DNA of 64,000 nt from the human T2T-CHM13v2.0 reference genome, Homo sapiens. Of the stretch, positions 63,121 through 64,000 are shown in pieces; within the stretch, counting starts at the first letter, position 1; each line of letters starts with the position of its first letter. A program made the translations under genes and the position numbers. Location: assembly GCF_009914755.1 (NCBI RefSeq), contig NC_060935.1; one strand, 5' to 3'. The notes under the pieces were generated by a model. The model worked only from the letters and a program-made list of their open reading frames with translations, did not search any database and was not told the DNA's origin.

Positions 63121-63273
63121 CCAGGCTGCACTCCATCACCAGAGACTGCAGTTCCTCTCACCTGGACTCTCAGTTTGCCCTTTATTAATACTATGATTCT
63201 TTCAGTTGTCTTATTTCTGGTTATAGCCGTTTTAATATGATCTTTGCATCCCTGCGTTAAGTAGTGGATTGGA

Positions 63274-63319
63274 ATATACACACACACACACACACACGCG
63301 TGTGTGTGTATGTATATAT
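63274..63319. repeat. Compound (CA)n-CGCG-(TG)n inverted microsatellite
   Basis: 46 bp of uninterrupted purine-pyrimidine alternation. Confidence 0.95.
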
Positions 63320-63526
63320 TTTTTTCTTTTTTTTAAAGGCACACCTCAGCTGGATAACATTAAAAAAGAAAAGAAAAATACAGGTCATTTTTTCTTGGCC
63401 AAGAAGATATCATTGTGTCTAGGTGGGAGGTATGAGGTCAGACCAATGGTTCTGCAGAACCCTGTTTCAGACCTGGGATCCCATTAGGCATGCAGGTCAG
63501 CCACACAGTCTTGGCCGAGTGCAGTA

Positions 63527-63744
63527 TTGCGCAAACGTGCCTTGAGTTTCCAATCTGGAAACATTTCCTGCTTTTCCACTTCCAGCCAGCTCTCATCCTC
63601 AGGCAGAGGTTGCCAGCCATTCCAGACTAAGCGGGGGTGATGACGTCAGTGGAGAGAACCGGACCAGCAGCCTGGATGCTCCGACTCCCGCCTGGGGCCT
63701 GAATCCTGGCCTCTGAAGGATGTTTCTGAGGTGGTAGTGACTCA
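63527..63744. promoter_or_regulatory. Putative signal-responsive enhancer (C/EBP, HRE core, TEAD, CRE, AP-1)
   Basis: TTGCGCAA 63527, ACGTG 63535, CATTCCA 63618, TGACGTCA 63641, TGACTCA 63738; motif match only. Confidence 0.5.
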
Positions 63745-64000
63745 CCTGGGCTCCAGGCTGGCAAAGCTGCCTCGAGAGTCCTCATTCAGCTCCCTGCATC
63801 TTGACTATTTCTGAGGTAAACTGTGGGGACCTAAGCCCACACCACATTGAATCCCTTCCCCAAACCCAACAGGAAACATCAGATTCCATCATTTGTAATC
63901 TATCTGGCTTGGATCCATGACAGCATTCCTTACGCAAGCCCTGACTCCAACAGGGCTGAAGCCTGCAGGCCGAGGCTGTGCTGGGGAGTCTGAGTTACAG

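Overview
Repeat-rich, apparently non-coding human genomic DNA, most likely a large intron or intergenic regulatory region. Human origin rests on a full-length AluYb8 at 62588-62905. I count about 55 Alu elements or fragments (roughly a quarter of the window), plus many MIRs, L2 and old L1 fragments, five LTR relics and DNA-transposon relics (Tigger3, MER47, MER3, MER58). There is no CpG island, no recognisable protein-coding exon and no RNA gene, and the ORF track is mostly Alu-derived or chance ORFs. I cannot name the locus. The most interesting signals are all unproven: (i) a 15-nt plus-strand exon candidate at 40392-40406, either an SRRM4-type microexon or the end of a TATA/Inr first exon encoding M-Q-K; (ii) a chain of minus-strand splice signals (93-nt exon 31186-31278, 77-nt exon 29109-29185, acceptors at 24880 and 24789) that could form a spliced lncRNA or smORF transcript; (iii) several compact transcription-factor motif clusters (NF-kB triplet, ARE-TEAD-TATA, C/EBP-HRE-TEAD-CRE-AP-1, and a G4/GC-box element with a 34-bp double-HRE palindrome); (iv) many small DNA-repair and recombination scars inside Alus. 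Nothing here demonstrates a new biological system. Repeat subfamily names are recalled from consensus sequences and boundaries are approximate; confirm with RepeatMasker/Dfam.
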